A stretch of 64,000 nt of DNA from Actinomycetota bacterium (lineage in GTDB: Bacteria; Actinomycetota; Acidimicrobiia; Acidimicrobiales; JAMCQF01), in the NCBI GenBank assembly GCA_023379605.1, contig JAMCQF010000164.1:297-64296 (forward strand), written 5' to 3'. Of this stretch, positions 26,822 to 36,656 are shown piece after piece (positions within the stretch are counted from its first letter, which is position 1; every line of letters starts with the position of its first letter). The notes beneath the pieces are model-generated. The model was not told the DNA's origin. It was given only the letters and a program-made list of their open reading frames with translations, and made no database searches. Position numbers and translations under genes: made by a program.

Positions 26822-28666
26822 ATGGATAGACAGGACGTCCTAGGAGAACACAGCCTCCCCGTAGCGAAAGAAGAGGCTACCTCGTTGTCCAATGCTGCTG
26901 TGATCATGGAGCGTTACAGGAGGATTCTTGATCTGTGCAGAGATGCATATATCGAGACAGATGCTTTCGGTATTGTGACCGAATGGAATCGAGAGGCAGA
27001 GTCCACCTTTGGCTGGCCACGTAGCGAGGCCATAGGGCAACCCTTGACCTCCTTGGTGGTTATCCCGCGCTTTTTGGATCAGTATCGCCAGCACTTTGGC
27101 TCAGTTCTTGCGTTGGGTCCCGGTGCTCCGCCCGTCGAGCTCGTCGAAGTTCCAGCTTTGCGCAAGGATGGCAGGACGGTTCTTGTCACGACGACAAACT
27201 GGGTGGTTGGAGCTGGTGATAATCTAAGGGTAAGTATCTTCGTACGTGATGTGAGCGCTGATAGAGCCGCTGAGGATGCGTTGTCACACGCCTTCCTCCA
27301 TGACGGCCTGACTGGACTGGCGAATAGGGCTTCGTTCACCTACAAGCTTGCGCACGCGAGCCTGGAAGCTCTCGACAAGCCCGGGCGGCCTTCAGTGCTG
27401 ATGTTGGATGTGGATCGATTCAAGTCCATAAATGATGGATTGGGCCACGAGGCAGGTGACAAGCTCATAGTAGAGCTTGCGAGGCGACTGGTTGAGCTGG
27501 TCGGCGATGACGTCCTAGTTGCCAGGCTAGGTGGCGATGAGTTTCTCATGTTGTGCAGGGAGGAGCCCGCTGAGAGCATAGCCATAGCTCTGGCTAGGAA
27601 GATTGCCGTCTCGCTGGAAGAGCCGTTTGTCATAGGCAACTCAGAGGTGTTTGTCACTGCGAGCATAGGAATTGCTATTGGCAAGGAAGGATCCGCTGAT
27701 CCGAATATGCTGCTCAGCCATGCGGATGCAGCAATGAATGAGGCAAAGCAGCGAGGAGGCTCCGGTTACGCAGTATTTGGAGATCGTATGCGGATAAGTG
27801 CTCTTGAGAGGATAACCACAGAAAGCTCCCTTCACAGAGCATTAGATCGTGATGAACTCCTCGTTTTCTATCAGCCAGTCGTAGAGATCTCATATCCAGG
27901 TAGAGTGGCTGGGCTGGAGGCCCTCGTTCGCTGGAATCACCCTCAGTGGGGAATTGTGGCTCCCGATAGGTTCATACCTGTCGCAGAGGAAAGCGGCCTT
28001 ATCGTTCCAATAGGCGCCTGGGTGCTTGAGAGAGCGTGCGAGCAGTTTACAAAATGGCGAGATGCTTGTGTTCTCAGCTCGGGAACCCTCGATGTGAATC
28101 TTTCTGTTCGCCAGATCGAAAGTCCGGAGATCATATCGACTGTGGAGAAGGTGATATCCAAGAGTGGAATATCCCCAGAACAGTTGACTCTTGAGATCAC
28201 AGAGAGTGCGCTTATGAGCACTCCGGAGCTTGCAATCGAGGTACTGGGCTGTCTTAAAGATCTCGGGATCAACCTAGCGGTAGATGACTTTGGCACCGGG
28301 TACTCCTCGCTTGCTTACCTGAAGCGATTCCCTCTGGACGTTCTCAAGGTAGATAAGTCCTTTGTGGCGATGCTCGGATCCGCGGGCAATCGGCAGGAGG
28401 CTGCGATAGTGGGAGCCGTAGTGGATCTGGGTAGGGCTCTGGGTCTCAAGGTGGTGGCTGAAGGAGTTGAGACAGACGCGCAGCTTCACGAGCTGCAAAG
28501 GCTCGGATGCGACTATGCTCAGGGGTATCTCTTTTCTCCCGCTTTGGACCAGGACACATTCGCCGAGTTTGTCTCTACATATTCAAAAAGATCATTTCCT
28601 GATCTGAGGCCCAGGCGGCGCGTAGGCCGTGCCCATCCGATCCTGGCGCGTCCGCGTCGCTCGTAG
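26822..28666 (+). CDS. PAS-GGDEF-EAL c-di-GMP turnover protein
   Basis: PAS (DAFGIVTEWNREAE), GGDEF (RLGGDEFLML), EAL (GLEALVRW, DDFGTGYSS, KVDKSF). The ORF opens at 26666; the start chosen at ATG 26822 is uncertain. Confidence 0.9.
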   Translation: MDRQDVLGEHSLPVAKEEATSLSNAAVIMERYRRILDLCRDAYIETDAFGIVTEWNREAESTFGWPRSEAIGQPLTSLVVIPRFLDQYRQHFGSVLALGPGAPPVELVEVPALRKDGRTVLVTTTNWVVGAGDNLRVSIFVRDVSADRAAEDALSHAFLHDGLTGLANRASFTYKLAHASLEALDKPGRPSVLMLDVDRFKSINDGLGHEAGDKLIVELARRLVELVGDDVLVARLGGDEFLMLCREEPAESIAIALARKIAVSLEEPFVIGNSEVFVTASIGIAIGKEGSADPNMLLSHADAAMNEAKQRGGSGYAVFGDRMRISALERITTESSLHRALDRDELLVFYQPVVEISYPGRVAGLEALVRWNHPQWGIVAPDRFIPVAEESGLIVPIGAWVLERACEQFTKWRDACVLSSGTLDVNLSVRQIESPEIISTVEKVISKSGISPEQLTLEITESALMSTPELAIEVLGCLKDLGINLAVDDFGTGYSSLAYLKRFPLDVLKVDKSFVAMLGSAGNRQEAAIVGAVVDLGRALGLKVVAEGVETDAQLHELQRLGCDYAQGYLFSPALDQDTFAEFVSTYSKRSFPDLRPRRRVGRAHPILARPRRS

Positions 28667-28802
28667 AGGCACGCTTGGGTGATCCGCTCTGTTGATTGGA
28701 TAGCAGCACGCGGTTCCTACCCTGTTGGTAACCCATCTCCATTCCCAGGGTCTCAGCATATAAATATCTCGCAGCGGCGTTTAGGAGCTGGGCGGATCCA
28801 GC

Positions 28803-29447
28803 CTAAGGCCGGAAAGCAACCCCTCTGATGGTGGGGCGAACGATAGGGGGCGCCTTTCGCATGCTGGCCCTTTCAAGTTCCACGATCTGGAATCCGCTTG
28901 AGACTATCGAGTCCTCGGTTACCCGGGTGAGGTGGCAGTTTCCGGCCATCCGTTTCCAGACAGGCTCCACAAGCTGCTGCCAACGCAACCTGCGAGGCCG
29001 GTCCAAGGCAGCCACATGCTCAAGGTAGACCAGGCGCCCTCCTGGTTTGAGCACCCGATAGATCTCTTTTAGGGCAAGGATCGGATCTCTGACCGAGCAC
29101 AGAACGAGGGTCACGACAGCCGCGTCAAAAGTTCCTTCTGGAAAAGGGAGCTGCTCGCAGGGAGCGTCTATTACGTCGATAGTGGTTGATCCGCCCTGCT
29201 GGCTTATAGCCTTGCGCCTGGAAGCCACTGCCTTCGACAGCCGTGAGCGCATATGGGCATCGGGCTCGCTCAGGACCAGCCCTTTGACATCAGCTGGATA
29301 CAAGCTCAGGTTCGAACCGGTACCAGCACCGATCTCTATGACCTCGCCCGCAAGGCTGGTCAGTAGGTCCCGCCTCCAACTGGTCAAGCCTGCCTCTTCT
29401 ACGCCGGACATTATGCGGTCATATGCATAGGCTCCTATCTTCAACAT
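28803..29447 (-). CDS. class I SAM-dependent methyltransferase
   Basis: 214 aa with SAM motif I VIEIGAGTGSN and LKPGGRLVYLEH. Confidence 0.85.
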   Translation of the reverse strand: MLKIGAYAYDRIMSGVEEAGLTSWRRDLLTSLAGEVIEIGAGTGSNLSLYPADVKGLVLSEPDAHMRSRLSKAVASRRKAISQQGGSTTIDVIDAPCEQLPFPEGTFDAAVVTLVLCSVRDPILALKEIYRVLKPGGRLVYLEHVAALDRPRRLRWQQLVEPVWKRMAGNCHLTRVTEDSIVSSGFQIVELERASMRKAPPIVRPTIRGVAFRP

Positions 29448-29531
29448 GCTGGCAATCCTACAATTTCACCAGTGAGCTGATCTAAGAAGTGCCACTACCA
29501 GGGGAGCTGGAATAGGAATAGGCTCAGCGCT

Positions 29532-31652
29532 ATGGGAGCAGAGACAAGATCACAAAGTGGCTCTGTTGGGGGGACGCACAAAGAGGCTACCACCAGTATG
29601 GGGTCGGTTGTAGAGGGTACTGTCCTATGGAAGCCTTCGCCGTCGCGTATAGCCAGGGCAAATCTTACCGAGTTCTTGTTGTGGCTAAGGGTGTCGGAGG
29701 GAGTGGACTTTTCCCACTATCACGAGCTCTGGCAATGGTCAGTGACTGATCTCGAGCACTTCTGGGACGCGATCCGCCGCTTCTACAAGGTTGGACCGGC
29801 CAACACCATAGACAGGGTTCTCATCCGTGGCGAAGGCGCTGAAGGTGCAAGGTGGTTCCCTGGATTGGAGCTCAACTATGTAGACAAGCTCATGTCTCAG
29901 CCTGATGATGCCCTAGCCATAGTGGCCTATAAAGAGAACGCGCAGGTGGCCGAGCTAACATTTGGCGAGCTACGGGCCAAAGCAGGGTCGTTTGCCAAGT
30001 CACTCAGAAGGTTGGGAGTGGGCAAGGGCGACCGCGTTGCAGCCGTGCTGACCAACTCACACGAGGCCGTCATAGGCTTTTTGGCAACGGCCAGCATCGG
30101 TGCGATCTGGTCCAGCTGTGCCCCAGAGTTTGGCTCAGAGGGCATGCTGGATCGCTTCACCCAGATCTCGCCGTCGGTTCTCATCGTAGCCAGCAGCTAC
30201 TTATATTCTGGCCGTCGCTTCGACATGACAGACAAGATCAGAGCTCTAGAGACGGCCCTGCCTGCCCTAAGAGCGACTGTGGTTGTGGATGCGCAAGAGG
30301 AGCTGCATAAGGAAGCAATGCCTCTGGTGCCAGAGCAATCAGAGCCCAGCGGATCGGGGGAGAGACTAGGTCCTGGTGGACCGGCTGGTGTTTTGCGGCT
30401 AAGCTTTTCCGAGCTGGTCAGCGCTGAGTCCGAGTTGGAACCTCTTCCAGTGCCTTTCGAGCATCCGCTTTGGATCCTGTACTCATCTGGGACCACAGGC
30501 CTGCCAAAACCGATCGTGCATGGTCACGGGGGAATCCTGCTCGAGCACCTGAAGACTCTTTCTCTGCACTGCGACCTAAGGCCTGGAGACCGCTTCTTTT
30601 GGTTCAGCACTACCGGATGGATGATGTGGAACCTACTTGTGGGGGGATTGCTTGTCGGATCGACTATCATCTGCTACGATGGGAGTCCTCAGTGGCCTGA
30701 TGCAGGTGTGCTCTGGCGGATGGCTAGAGATGTGGGGATAACGTACTTCGGCACGAGTGCCCCATTCATCGAGGCTGCTCGGGGGGCAGCTGTATCACCC
30801 CGGCAGCTCGCAGGCCCGCTTTCCATCCACACAGTGGGCTCTACGGGGGCTCCTCTGTCGCCAGAGGGATTCCTATGGGCTTCCAGAGAGGTGGCTGATG
30901 ATGTTCTTGTTGCGTCTGTCTCGGGGGGCACCGACGTCTGTACAGCCTTTCTTGGAGGATGCCCGCTTCTGGCTGTGCGTGCGGGAGAGCTTCAGTGCCG
31001 CGAGCTGGGAGCCAAGGTGGAGGCTTACGACGAATCAGGCCAGCCAGTGATTGGCAAGATGGGAGAGCTGGTGCTGACCGAGCCTATGCCGTCGATGCCT
31101 GTGGCGCTGTGGGGTGATGACGGAACCCGGCTGCATGAGAGCTACTTCTCCCACTACAGAGGTGTGTGGCGTCACGGGGATTGGGTAAAGATCACCCCTC
31201 AGGGCTCTGCAGTGGTCTATGGCAGATCCGATGCCACCTTGAACCGAGGCGGGGTGCGGATGGGGACCGCTGAATTTTACCGGGTCGTCGAGTCGCTGCC
31301 AGGGGTCCAAGACAGTCTTGTAGTGGACACAAGCGAGCTGGGCAGCTCCGGCCAGTTGCTGCTGTTTGTGGTCCCGACAGGCCAGCCGCAGCTCACACAG
31401 ACCCAAGGAGCTGAGCTGGAGAGCTCCATACGCGAGGCCGTGAGAGAGAGGCTGTCACCACGTCACGTTCCAGATCGCGTAGTGGTCGTCCCCTGTATTC
31501 CGAGAACCATAAACGGCAAGAGGCTCGAGGTTCCGCTCCGGCGGATACTGAAGGGGATACCCACCGAGGAGGCGGTCTCGACTGCCGCTTTGGACAGGCC
31601 TGCGGCTTTGAAGGAACTTCTGGAGGCTTTATCAGAGGCGGGCTTATTATAA
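29532..31652 (+). CDS. acetoacetate-CoA ligase (acetoacetyl-CoA synthetase)
   Basis: 706-aa ORF with LWKPSP...ANLTEF N-terminus, YSSGTTGLPKPIVHG and GTSAPF. Family size fits. ATG 29598 is an alternative start. Confidence 0.9.
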   Translation: MGAETRSQSGSVGGTHKEATTSMGSVVEGTVLWKPSPSRIARANLTEFLLWLRVSEGVDFSHYHELWQWSVTDLEHFWDAIRRFYKVGPANTIDRVLIRGEGAEGARWFPGLELNYVDKLMSQPDDALAIVAYKENAQVAELTFGELRAKAGSFAKSLRRLGVGKGDRVAAVLTNSHEAVIGFLATASIGAIWSSCAPEFGSEGMLDRFTQISPSVLIVASSYLYSGRRFDMTDKIRALETALPALRATVVVDAQEELHKEAMPLVPEQSEPSGSGERLGPGGPAGVLRLSFSELVSAESELEPLPVPFEHPLWILYSSGTTGLPKPIVHGHGGILLEHLKTLSLHCDLRPGDRFFWFSTTGWMMWNLLVGGLLVGSTIICYDGSPQWPDAGVLWRMARDVGITYFGTSAPFIEAARGAAVSPRQLAGPLSIHTVGSTGAPLSPEGFLWASREVADDVLVASVSGGTDVCTAFLGGCPLLAVRAGELQCRELGAKVEAYDESGQPVIGKMGELVLTEPMPSMPVALWGDDGTRLHESYFSHYRGVWRHGDWVKITPQGSAVVYGRSDATLNRGGVRMGTAEFYRVVESLPGVQDSLVVDTSELGSSGQLLLFVVPTGQPQLTQTQGAELESSIREAVRERLSPRHVPDRVVVVPCIPRTINGKRLEVPLRRILKGIPTEEAVSTAALDRPAALKELLEALSEAGLL

Positions 31653-31718
31653 CTCATAAGAAGATATATGTTGAAGGGCTATGCTGATTCCTGGGTTGAC
31701 TTGGAGGTGCAATAGAGC

Positions 31719-32483
31719 TTGAGCACGCTAGATGGACGCAAAGCTCTTGTGACAGGCTCGGCATCAGGCATTGGCCGCGCAGTCGCTAAGCATTTGGGAG
31801 AGCTGGGAGCAGAAGTGATCATGTCTGATCTCCCCGGAGATCAGCTGGATGCCGCTGCAGAGGAGGTGGAGCGCTCCAGTGTGATTGCGGCAAATCTTGC
31901 GGTAGCTGCCGAGGTGGACAACCTCTCAACGCGGGCCGGAAGGGTGGACATTCTGGTGAACAATGCAGGGTTGCAGCATGTAAGCCCCATCGAGACCTTT
32001 CCGGCCGAACGCTGGGACACGATCATCGCGGTGATGTTAACAGCCCCCTTCCTGCTCACCAAGGCCTTGGTTCCTGGCATGTACGAAACGGGATGGGGTA
32101 GGATAATCAATATCGCATCAGTGCATGCCTTGGTGGCCTCGCCCTTCAAGGTCGCCTACGTGAGTGCCAAGCATGGCCTATTGGGCATGACAAGGACCAT
32201 TGCCCTGGAGGCAGCAGAGCATTCACAGGATGTGACTGCACACGCCATCTGCCCATCATATGTGAGCACAGCTCTTGTCGAGCATCAGATCGAGGAGCAG
32301 GCAAAGGTCCACCAGATAGATCGGGAGCGAGTGGTGGAAGACGTCCTGTTGGAGCACAATGCCATAAAGCGCCTTATAGCGCCTGAAGAGATTGCAGCCG
32401 CGGTGGAGTGGCTCTGCGGGCCGCTTGCTTGGACTATGACGGGGGCAGCACTGACTATGGATGCTGGATGGCTCGCCCACTAG
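31719..32483 (+). CDS. 3-hydroxybutyrate dehydrogenase (SDR)
   Basis: 254 aa with TGSASGIGRA, NNAG, YVSAKHG. TTG start 9 nt after GGAGGTG. Adjacent to acetoacetyl-CoA synthetase. Confidence 0.85.
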   Translation: MSTLDGRKALVTGSASGIGRAVAKHLGELGAEVIMSDLPGDQLDAAAEEVERSSVIAANLAVAAEVDNLSTRAGRVDILVNNAGLQHVSPIETFPAERWDTIIAVMLTAPFLLTKALVPGMYETGWGRIINIASVHALVASPFKVAYVSAKHGLLGMTRTIALEAAEHSQDVTAHAICPSYVSTALVEHQIEEQAKVHQIDRERVVEDVLLEHNAIKRLIAPEEIAAAVEWLCGPLAWTMTGAALTMDAGWLAH

Positions 32484-32676
32484 ATGCGCCAGAGGCGTCA
32501 TCTCTGCTTAATTGTCGCACAGCTGAGCCTGTTGCACGAACCTCGCCGGCGATCTGCTCATCTGCTGGAGCGCAGCTTCGGTCACGCAGCTTTTGGACCA
32601 CGGGGGAGGGAAGGCGCGAGCGAGATCCCACTCGACCCCACCTGGATCGGGTACCACGGTTCGAATGGGATTTCTT

Positions 32677-33024
32677 TGGTGGAGGTGGCGGGAATCGAAC
32701 CCGCGTCCTCCGGCTTCTCAACGAGGATTCTCCGAGCGCAGCCGGTGCAGGTTAAGGCCTGAACGGGTCATCGGCACCCCGTAGAGGTCTTTGCCGGGCT
32801 GAGCTTCCCCGACCTCGCCCCGGCGACTTGATCAGGTAAGCCCTACTTGATGGCGCCTGAATCCGACCCGTAGGGCTGGGGCCGGTCAGACGTCGCTACT
32901 TATCAGGCAGCGATCGCGAGCGGTTGCTCGGCGTTTGTATTGTTTTCCGGCTCTTTAACGTGGCTCCGGAGACCACGGCTCGCTTCACTCATCTCGACGA
33001 CCAGAGTCGAAACCTTTCACCCCC
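32677..33024 (-). ncRNA. ssrA: tmRNA (SsrA)
   Basis: The minus strand reads 5' GGGGGTGAAAGGTTTCGACTCTGG ... GGACGCGGGTTCGATTCCCGCCACCTCCACCA 3', with tRNA-like ends and an encoded CCA. The internal tag frame ...GCCGAGCAACCGCTCGCGATCGCTGCC TGA TAA gives ...AEQPLAIAA plus a double stop (about 32900-32947). The resume codon is not assigned. smpB lies directly upstream. Confidence 0.9.
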
Positions 33025-33144
33025 TCGATGAACATAGTGCCTACCTGCTCAACTGACCTGACCTTTCAACAGCGGCAGTAAGGATTTCCAGGGTCAGCTT
33101 CCACTGTTTCCACTCCCACCACTATCTCTTGAATGAGATTAACT

Positions 33145-33795
33145 CTAGCTTCTCCGACCATGTTCACGTGCGCGCGCCATATCCCTGGCTGCGTCGCGTG
33201 CGGCATCCCTTTCGGCTATTGCGTGCCTTTTGTCGTAAAGTTTGCGGCCGCGAGCCAGGGCAAGCTCCACTTTCGCAAGACCATCTCTTAGGTATACAGA
33301 CAAGGGTATTAGCGTGAGCGAGCTCTGGCTCGTCTTGCCAGCCAGCTCGTCTATCTGGTCTCTGTGCAAGAGAAGCTTTCTCGGGCGGTCCGGGTCATGG
33401 GCACCGAATCCCTGGGCATGAAGGTAAGGCGCCACATGAACTCCATATAGCCAGACCTCGTTCCTGTCTACCCTGGCGAAGGCGTCCTTTAGGGCTATCT
33501 GGCCGGAACGGATGGACTTTACCTCGCTTCCTTGGAGAGAGATACCGCACTCGAAGGTTTCTAAGATGTCGTAATCGTGGCGAGCCCGGCGGTTCTGTGC
33601 CACAACGCGCCTGGCTGGGTGGTGGGACCCGGGGCCGCCACTGGCCGTCGCTCGCTTGAGCGCGCCAGAGCGCTTCTCTGCCCTGACCCGGCCGGCTTCT
33701 GTAAGGATGGGGCGCTTGGGCGACACGTCTTGGAGGATAGCTGGGATTCTTTGCTTGATGCCCGAGGGAGCGCTGAGCGCCGCTGTGGCATGCAA
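33145..33795 (-). CDS. smpB: SsrA-binding protein SmpB
   Basis: Conserved core VAQNRRARHDYDILETFECGISLQGSEVKSIR ... KLLLHRDQI ... KVELALARGKKLYDKR. The longest ORF is 216 aa. The real start is probably downstream (for example GTG 33726), so the N-terminus is uncertain. Confidence 0.85.
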   Translation of the reverse strand: MHATAALSAPSGIKQRIPAILQDVSPKRPILTEAGRVRAEKRSGALKRATASGGPGSHHPARRVVAQNRRARHDYDILETFECGISLQGSEVKSIRSGQIALKDAFARVDRNEVWLYGVHVAPYLHAQGFGAHDPDRPRKLLLHRDQIDELAGKTSQSSLTLIPLSVYLRDGLAKVELALARGRKLYDKRHAIAERDAARDAARDMARAREHGRRS

Positions 33796-33940
33796 GCGCT
33801 GCTTGCGTCCATGCCTGGCTGAACCAAAGCCAGTTTTACAGCGCTGGCCAGGTGGACAGGCACGTATGCTGCAAGGCTCGGGACTGGGAGCTCGGTACTG
33901 GGTGGCAGTTGGAGACGATTGCTCCTGTAGCCTTTAGGCG

Positions 33941-34348
33941 ATGCTGCATCTTCCAGCTGGTATTTACCAACAGATACTAAGCCATTGCCTGTCAGGCCTA
34001 CCGGAAGAGGCCTGCGGGCTCCTGGGCGGCCAATTCGCCACAGCTGAGGTGTTTCGTTGCTATCCAACCCGCAATGTAGCGGCATCAGCGCGTGTTTATA
34101 CCGTAGACCCATTAGAGCACCTAAAGGCAGATCGAGACGCTCAAGCTTGCGGCATGGAGATCATAGGGGTGTTCCACTCCCATACCCATACTGAGGCGTA
34201 CCCGTCGGAGACCGACGTCAACCAGGCTCCAGACCCCCTCTGGCACTACGTGCTCGTTTCCTTGCGCCATCCATCTCCGGTGCTGCGGTCCTACAGGATC
34301 ATAGGCGGGAACATCGCCGAGGAATCGGTTGTTCTCAAAGGCCACTAG
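33941..34348 (+). CDS. mec: JAMM/MPN+ metalloprotease (Mec-like, CysO-associated)
   Basis: 135 aa with EEACGLLGG and JAMM motif HSHTHTEAYPSETD. Sits directly upstream of cysO-cysM. Confidence 0.85.
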   Translation: MLHLPAGIYQQILSHCLSGLPEEACGLLGGQFATAEVFRCYPTRNVAASARVYTVDPLEHLKADRDAQACGMEIIGVFHSHTHTEAYPSETDVNQAPDPLWHYVLVSLRHPSPVLRSYRIIGGNIAEESVVLKGH

Positions 34349-34388
34349 AATCATCAGTCAAACAGTCGACAATTTTCTGGGAGGGCAC

Positions 34389-34670
34389 ATGCCCGTCGAA
34401 GTTCGCTTGCCATCAATGCTGCGCATACATGTCCAAGGTCAGAGCTCGCTCGAAGTAAAAGGCGAGACCGTGGGAGAGGTGCTCGAGAACCTGGCGAAGG
34501 AGAACCCAGGCATGACCGGTCAGATCGTTGACGGGGAGGGCGTACTGCGCAAGTTCGTAAACGTCTACGTTAACGACGATGACATCCGCTACCTCAACCA
34601 GCTCGATACGAAGCTCTCCAGCGGGGATGTCATAACGATCCTGCCTGCCGTGGCAGGGGGCGGGTGGTGA
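34389..34670 (+). CDS. cysO: MoaD/ThiS-family sulfur-carrier protein CysO
   Basis: 93 aa from ATG 34389, preceded by GGGAGGG. Beta-grasp-like sequence ending ...ILPAVAGGGW. Flanked by mec and cysM. Confidence 0.8.
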   Translation: MPVEVRLPSMLRIHVQGQSSLEVKGETVGEVLENLAKENPGMTGQIVDGEGVLRKFVNVYVNDDDIRYLNQLDTKLSSGDVITILPAVAGGGW

Positions 34671-34677
34671 CACCTAC

Positions 34678-34778
34678 CTGGCGCAAGAGGCCACTGCCAT
34701 GACCTATTACCGCCCGGGTCCGAGCGTGTCAGTTGTCCCAATCTGGCGCAAGAGGCCACTGCCATGACCTATTACCGC
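34678..34778. repeat. 36-bp perfect direct repeat pair separated by 29 bp (locus C)
   Basis: CTGGCGCAAGAGGCCACTGCCATGACCTATTACCGC at 34678-34713 and 34743-34778. The second copy carries the cysM SD, ATG and first codons. Confidence 0.95.
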
Positions 34779-35711
34779 AGTGTTCTAGATCTCATAGGCA
34801 ACACCCCTCTTTTAGAGGTGAGCCAGCTGAGCCCTAACCCGAACGTGCGGATGCTGGTCAAGCTGGAAGGGCAGAACCCTGGCGGGTCGGTCAAGGACCG
34901 CATAGCTCTCGCAATGGTCGAGCAAGCCGAGAAAGACGGACTTCTCAGCCCAGGGCAGACTCTTTTGGAGCCATCCTCGGGCAACACCGGAATAGGTCTT
35001 GCCCTGGTGTGCCGCGTAAAGGGCTACAACCTGACAGTGGTGCTTCCGGCCAATGTCTCAATAGAGCGGCGCCAGCTGCTTAAGGTCTGGGGAGCCAAGA
35101 TCATAGACTCGCCAGCCAGCGAAGGGTCAAATGGAGCGGTGCGCCTCGCGAGGGAGATCGCCAGCTCCAATCCGCAGTACGCGTTCTTGTACCAATATGG
35201 CAATCCAGCCAATCCGAGAGCTCATTACGAAGGGACGGGTCCGGAGATATGGCGGGACTGCCCAGAGGTCACCCACTTTGTCAGCGGGCTCGGTACCTCA
35301 GGTACGCTGCTGGGGGTGGGCCGCTACCTAAAGGACCAGAACCCTGCGATAGAAGTTTGGGCAGTAGAGCCGCCAGCAGGAGAGGCCGTAGATGGGTTGC
35401 GGAGCCTAGATGACGGCTATATACCGCCCATCTTCATAGACAACGATGGCTTTGACCTACTAGATCGTAAGACGATTAGTGATCCTCGAGCCTCTATACT
35501 CTGGACAAGACGCCTAGCAGAGATCGGGGTGTTTGCTGGCATATCGTCTGGAGCGGCGATGGCCGGTGCCGCGCGCTGCGCCAGCAGCATTGACAGCGGC
35601 GTAATCGTTGTGGTTGCCGCGGATGCAGGATGGAAGTACCTCTCCACGGGCGCATGGACAGACGATCTTGATGAGGTTGTGGAAAGAGCGCGCAAGATCA
35701 TCTACTTCTGA
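34764..35711 (+). CDS. cysM: cysteine synthase, CysM type (CysO-thiocarboxylate dependent)
   Basis: 315 aa with PLP-lysine motif NPGGSVKDRIA, SSGNTGIGLA and GLGTSGTLLG. Confidence 0.9.
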   Translation: MTYYRSVLDLIGNTPLLEVSQLSPNPNVRMLVKLEGQNPGGSVKDRIALAMVEQAEKDGLLSPGQTLLEPSSGNTGIGLALVCRVKGYNLTVVLPANVSIERRQLLKVWGAKIIDSPASEGSNGAVRLAREIASSNPQYAFLYQYGNPANPRAHYEGTGPEIWRDCPEVTHFVSGLGTSGTLLGVGRYLKDQNPAIEVWAVEPPAGEAVDGLRSLDDGYIPPIFIDNDGFDLLDRKTISDPRASILWTRRLAEIGVFAGISSGAAMAGAARCASSIDSGVIVVVAADAGWKYLSTGAWTDDLDEVVERARKIIYF

Positions 35712-35776
35712 GGTGATCATGTGTCCATTTGGAGTGACCGCGCCGCAGCCCTGTCCATCCATCGGCTGCTCAGCCA

Positions 35777-36640
35777 GTGGATAATCGTCCCATTGGCGTG
35801 TTCGACAGTGGCTTTGGCGGGCTCACCGTTGCCAGGGCTCTGATAGACCTGCTTCCGCACGAGGATCTCGTTTACGTAGGTGATACTGGACGCTATCCCT
35901 ACGGTTCCAGGCCCCTTGAGGAAGTTGCTTGCTTTGCCAGGGAGATCGCCCACTATCTTATCCATGACCACCGTGTCAAGATGATCGTAGTGGCCTGTAA
36001 CACCGCCTCGGCCGCAGCGTTGGATCTCCTGCGTTCCGAGCTGGAGGTTCCCGTGGTAGGGGTCATAGACCCAGGGCTCAGGGCGGCAGTGCGGGCCAGC
36101 CGCAGCGGTACGGTAGGGGTGATCGGCACCGTCGGGACGATGTCCTCGGGGGCTTACCAGCGCACTGCCGAGTCCATTCGCTGGCAGGGAGAGCTGCACT
36201 GTGCGGCCTGCCCTGGCTTTGTCGAGTTTGTCGAGCGAGGGGAGCTGGACAGCGATCAGGTCCATGTCCTTGCCGAGCGACTGTTGGCACCGCTGGTGTC
36301 AGCGAAAGTGGATACATTGCTGCTTGGATGCACCCACTATCCTTTCCTGGCCCGGACTATCGCCGACGTGATGGGTCGCGACGTGGTTTTGGTCTCTTCT
36401 GCCGACGAGACTGCCTTTGAGGTGCGCTCGATCCTTGCTTCCACTGGGCTTGGGCGTCGTAGTCAGGCCACGGGTCAGCACCGTTTCCTCTCATCAGGGG
36501 ACTGCCGCTGGTTCGAGGAGGTAGGCCGTCGCCTTTTCGGAGAGGACCTGGGCCAGGTAGAGCCTGTTTCGTGGGGGGCAGGCAATTGTTTGGGATCAGA
36601 GATGGATCTTGGCACAGGTCCATCTCTAGGAGATAGCTAG
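35777..36640 (+). CDS. murI: glutamate racemase
   Basis: IGVFDSGFGGLTV, VVACNTAS, LGCTHYPFL. GTG start. Confidence 0.95.
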   Translation: MDNRPIGVFDSGFGGLTVARALIDLLPHEDLVYVGDTGRYPYGSRPLEEVACFAREIAHYLIHDHRVKMIVVACNTASAAALDLLRSELEVPVVGVIDPGLRAAVRASRSGTVGVIGTVGTMSSGAYQRTAESIRWQGELHCAACPGFVEFVERGELDSDQVHVLAERLLAPLVSAKVDTLLLGCTHYPFLARTIADVMGRDVVLVSSADETAFEVRSILASTGLGRRSQATGQHRFLSSGDCRWFEEVGRRLFGEDLGQVEPVSWGAGNCLGSEMDLGTGPSLGDS

Positions 36641-36656
36641 TGAGAGAGGTAGGCAA

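Noticed and set aside
26263-26829. 188-aa ORF in the long intergenic region
   Set aside because: It has an Arg/Trp/Cys-rich composition, no recognisable motif and no SD. Comparable ORFs overlap it in other frames. It is likely spurious.
32408-32784. Several 60-115 aa ORFs over the tmRNA locus, and similar ones at 54046-54402 over tRNA-Leu
   Set aside because: They overlap confidently identified RNA genes and have no coding features.
33561-34112. 183-aa minus-strand ORF spanning smpB upstream and mec
   Set aside because: It overlaps both the smpB and mec frames and has no motifs. It is likely spurious.
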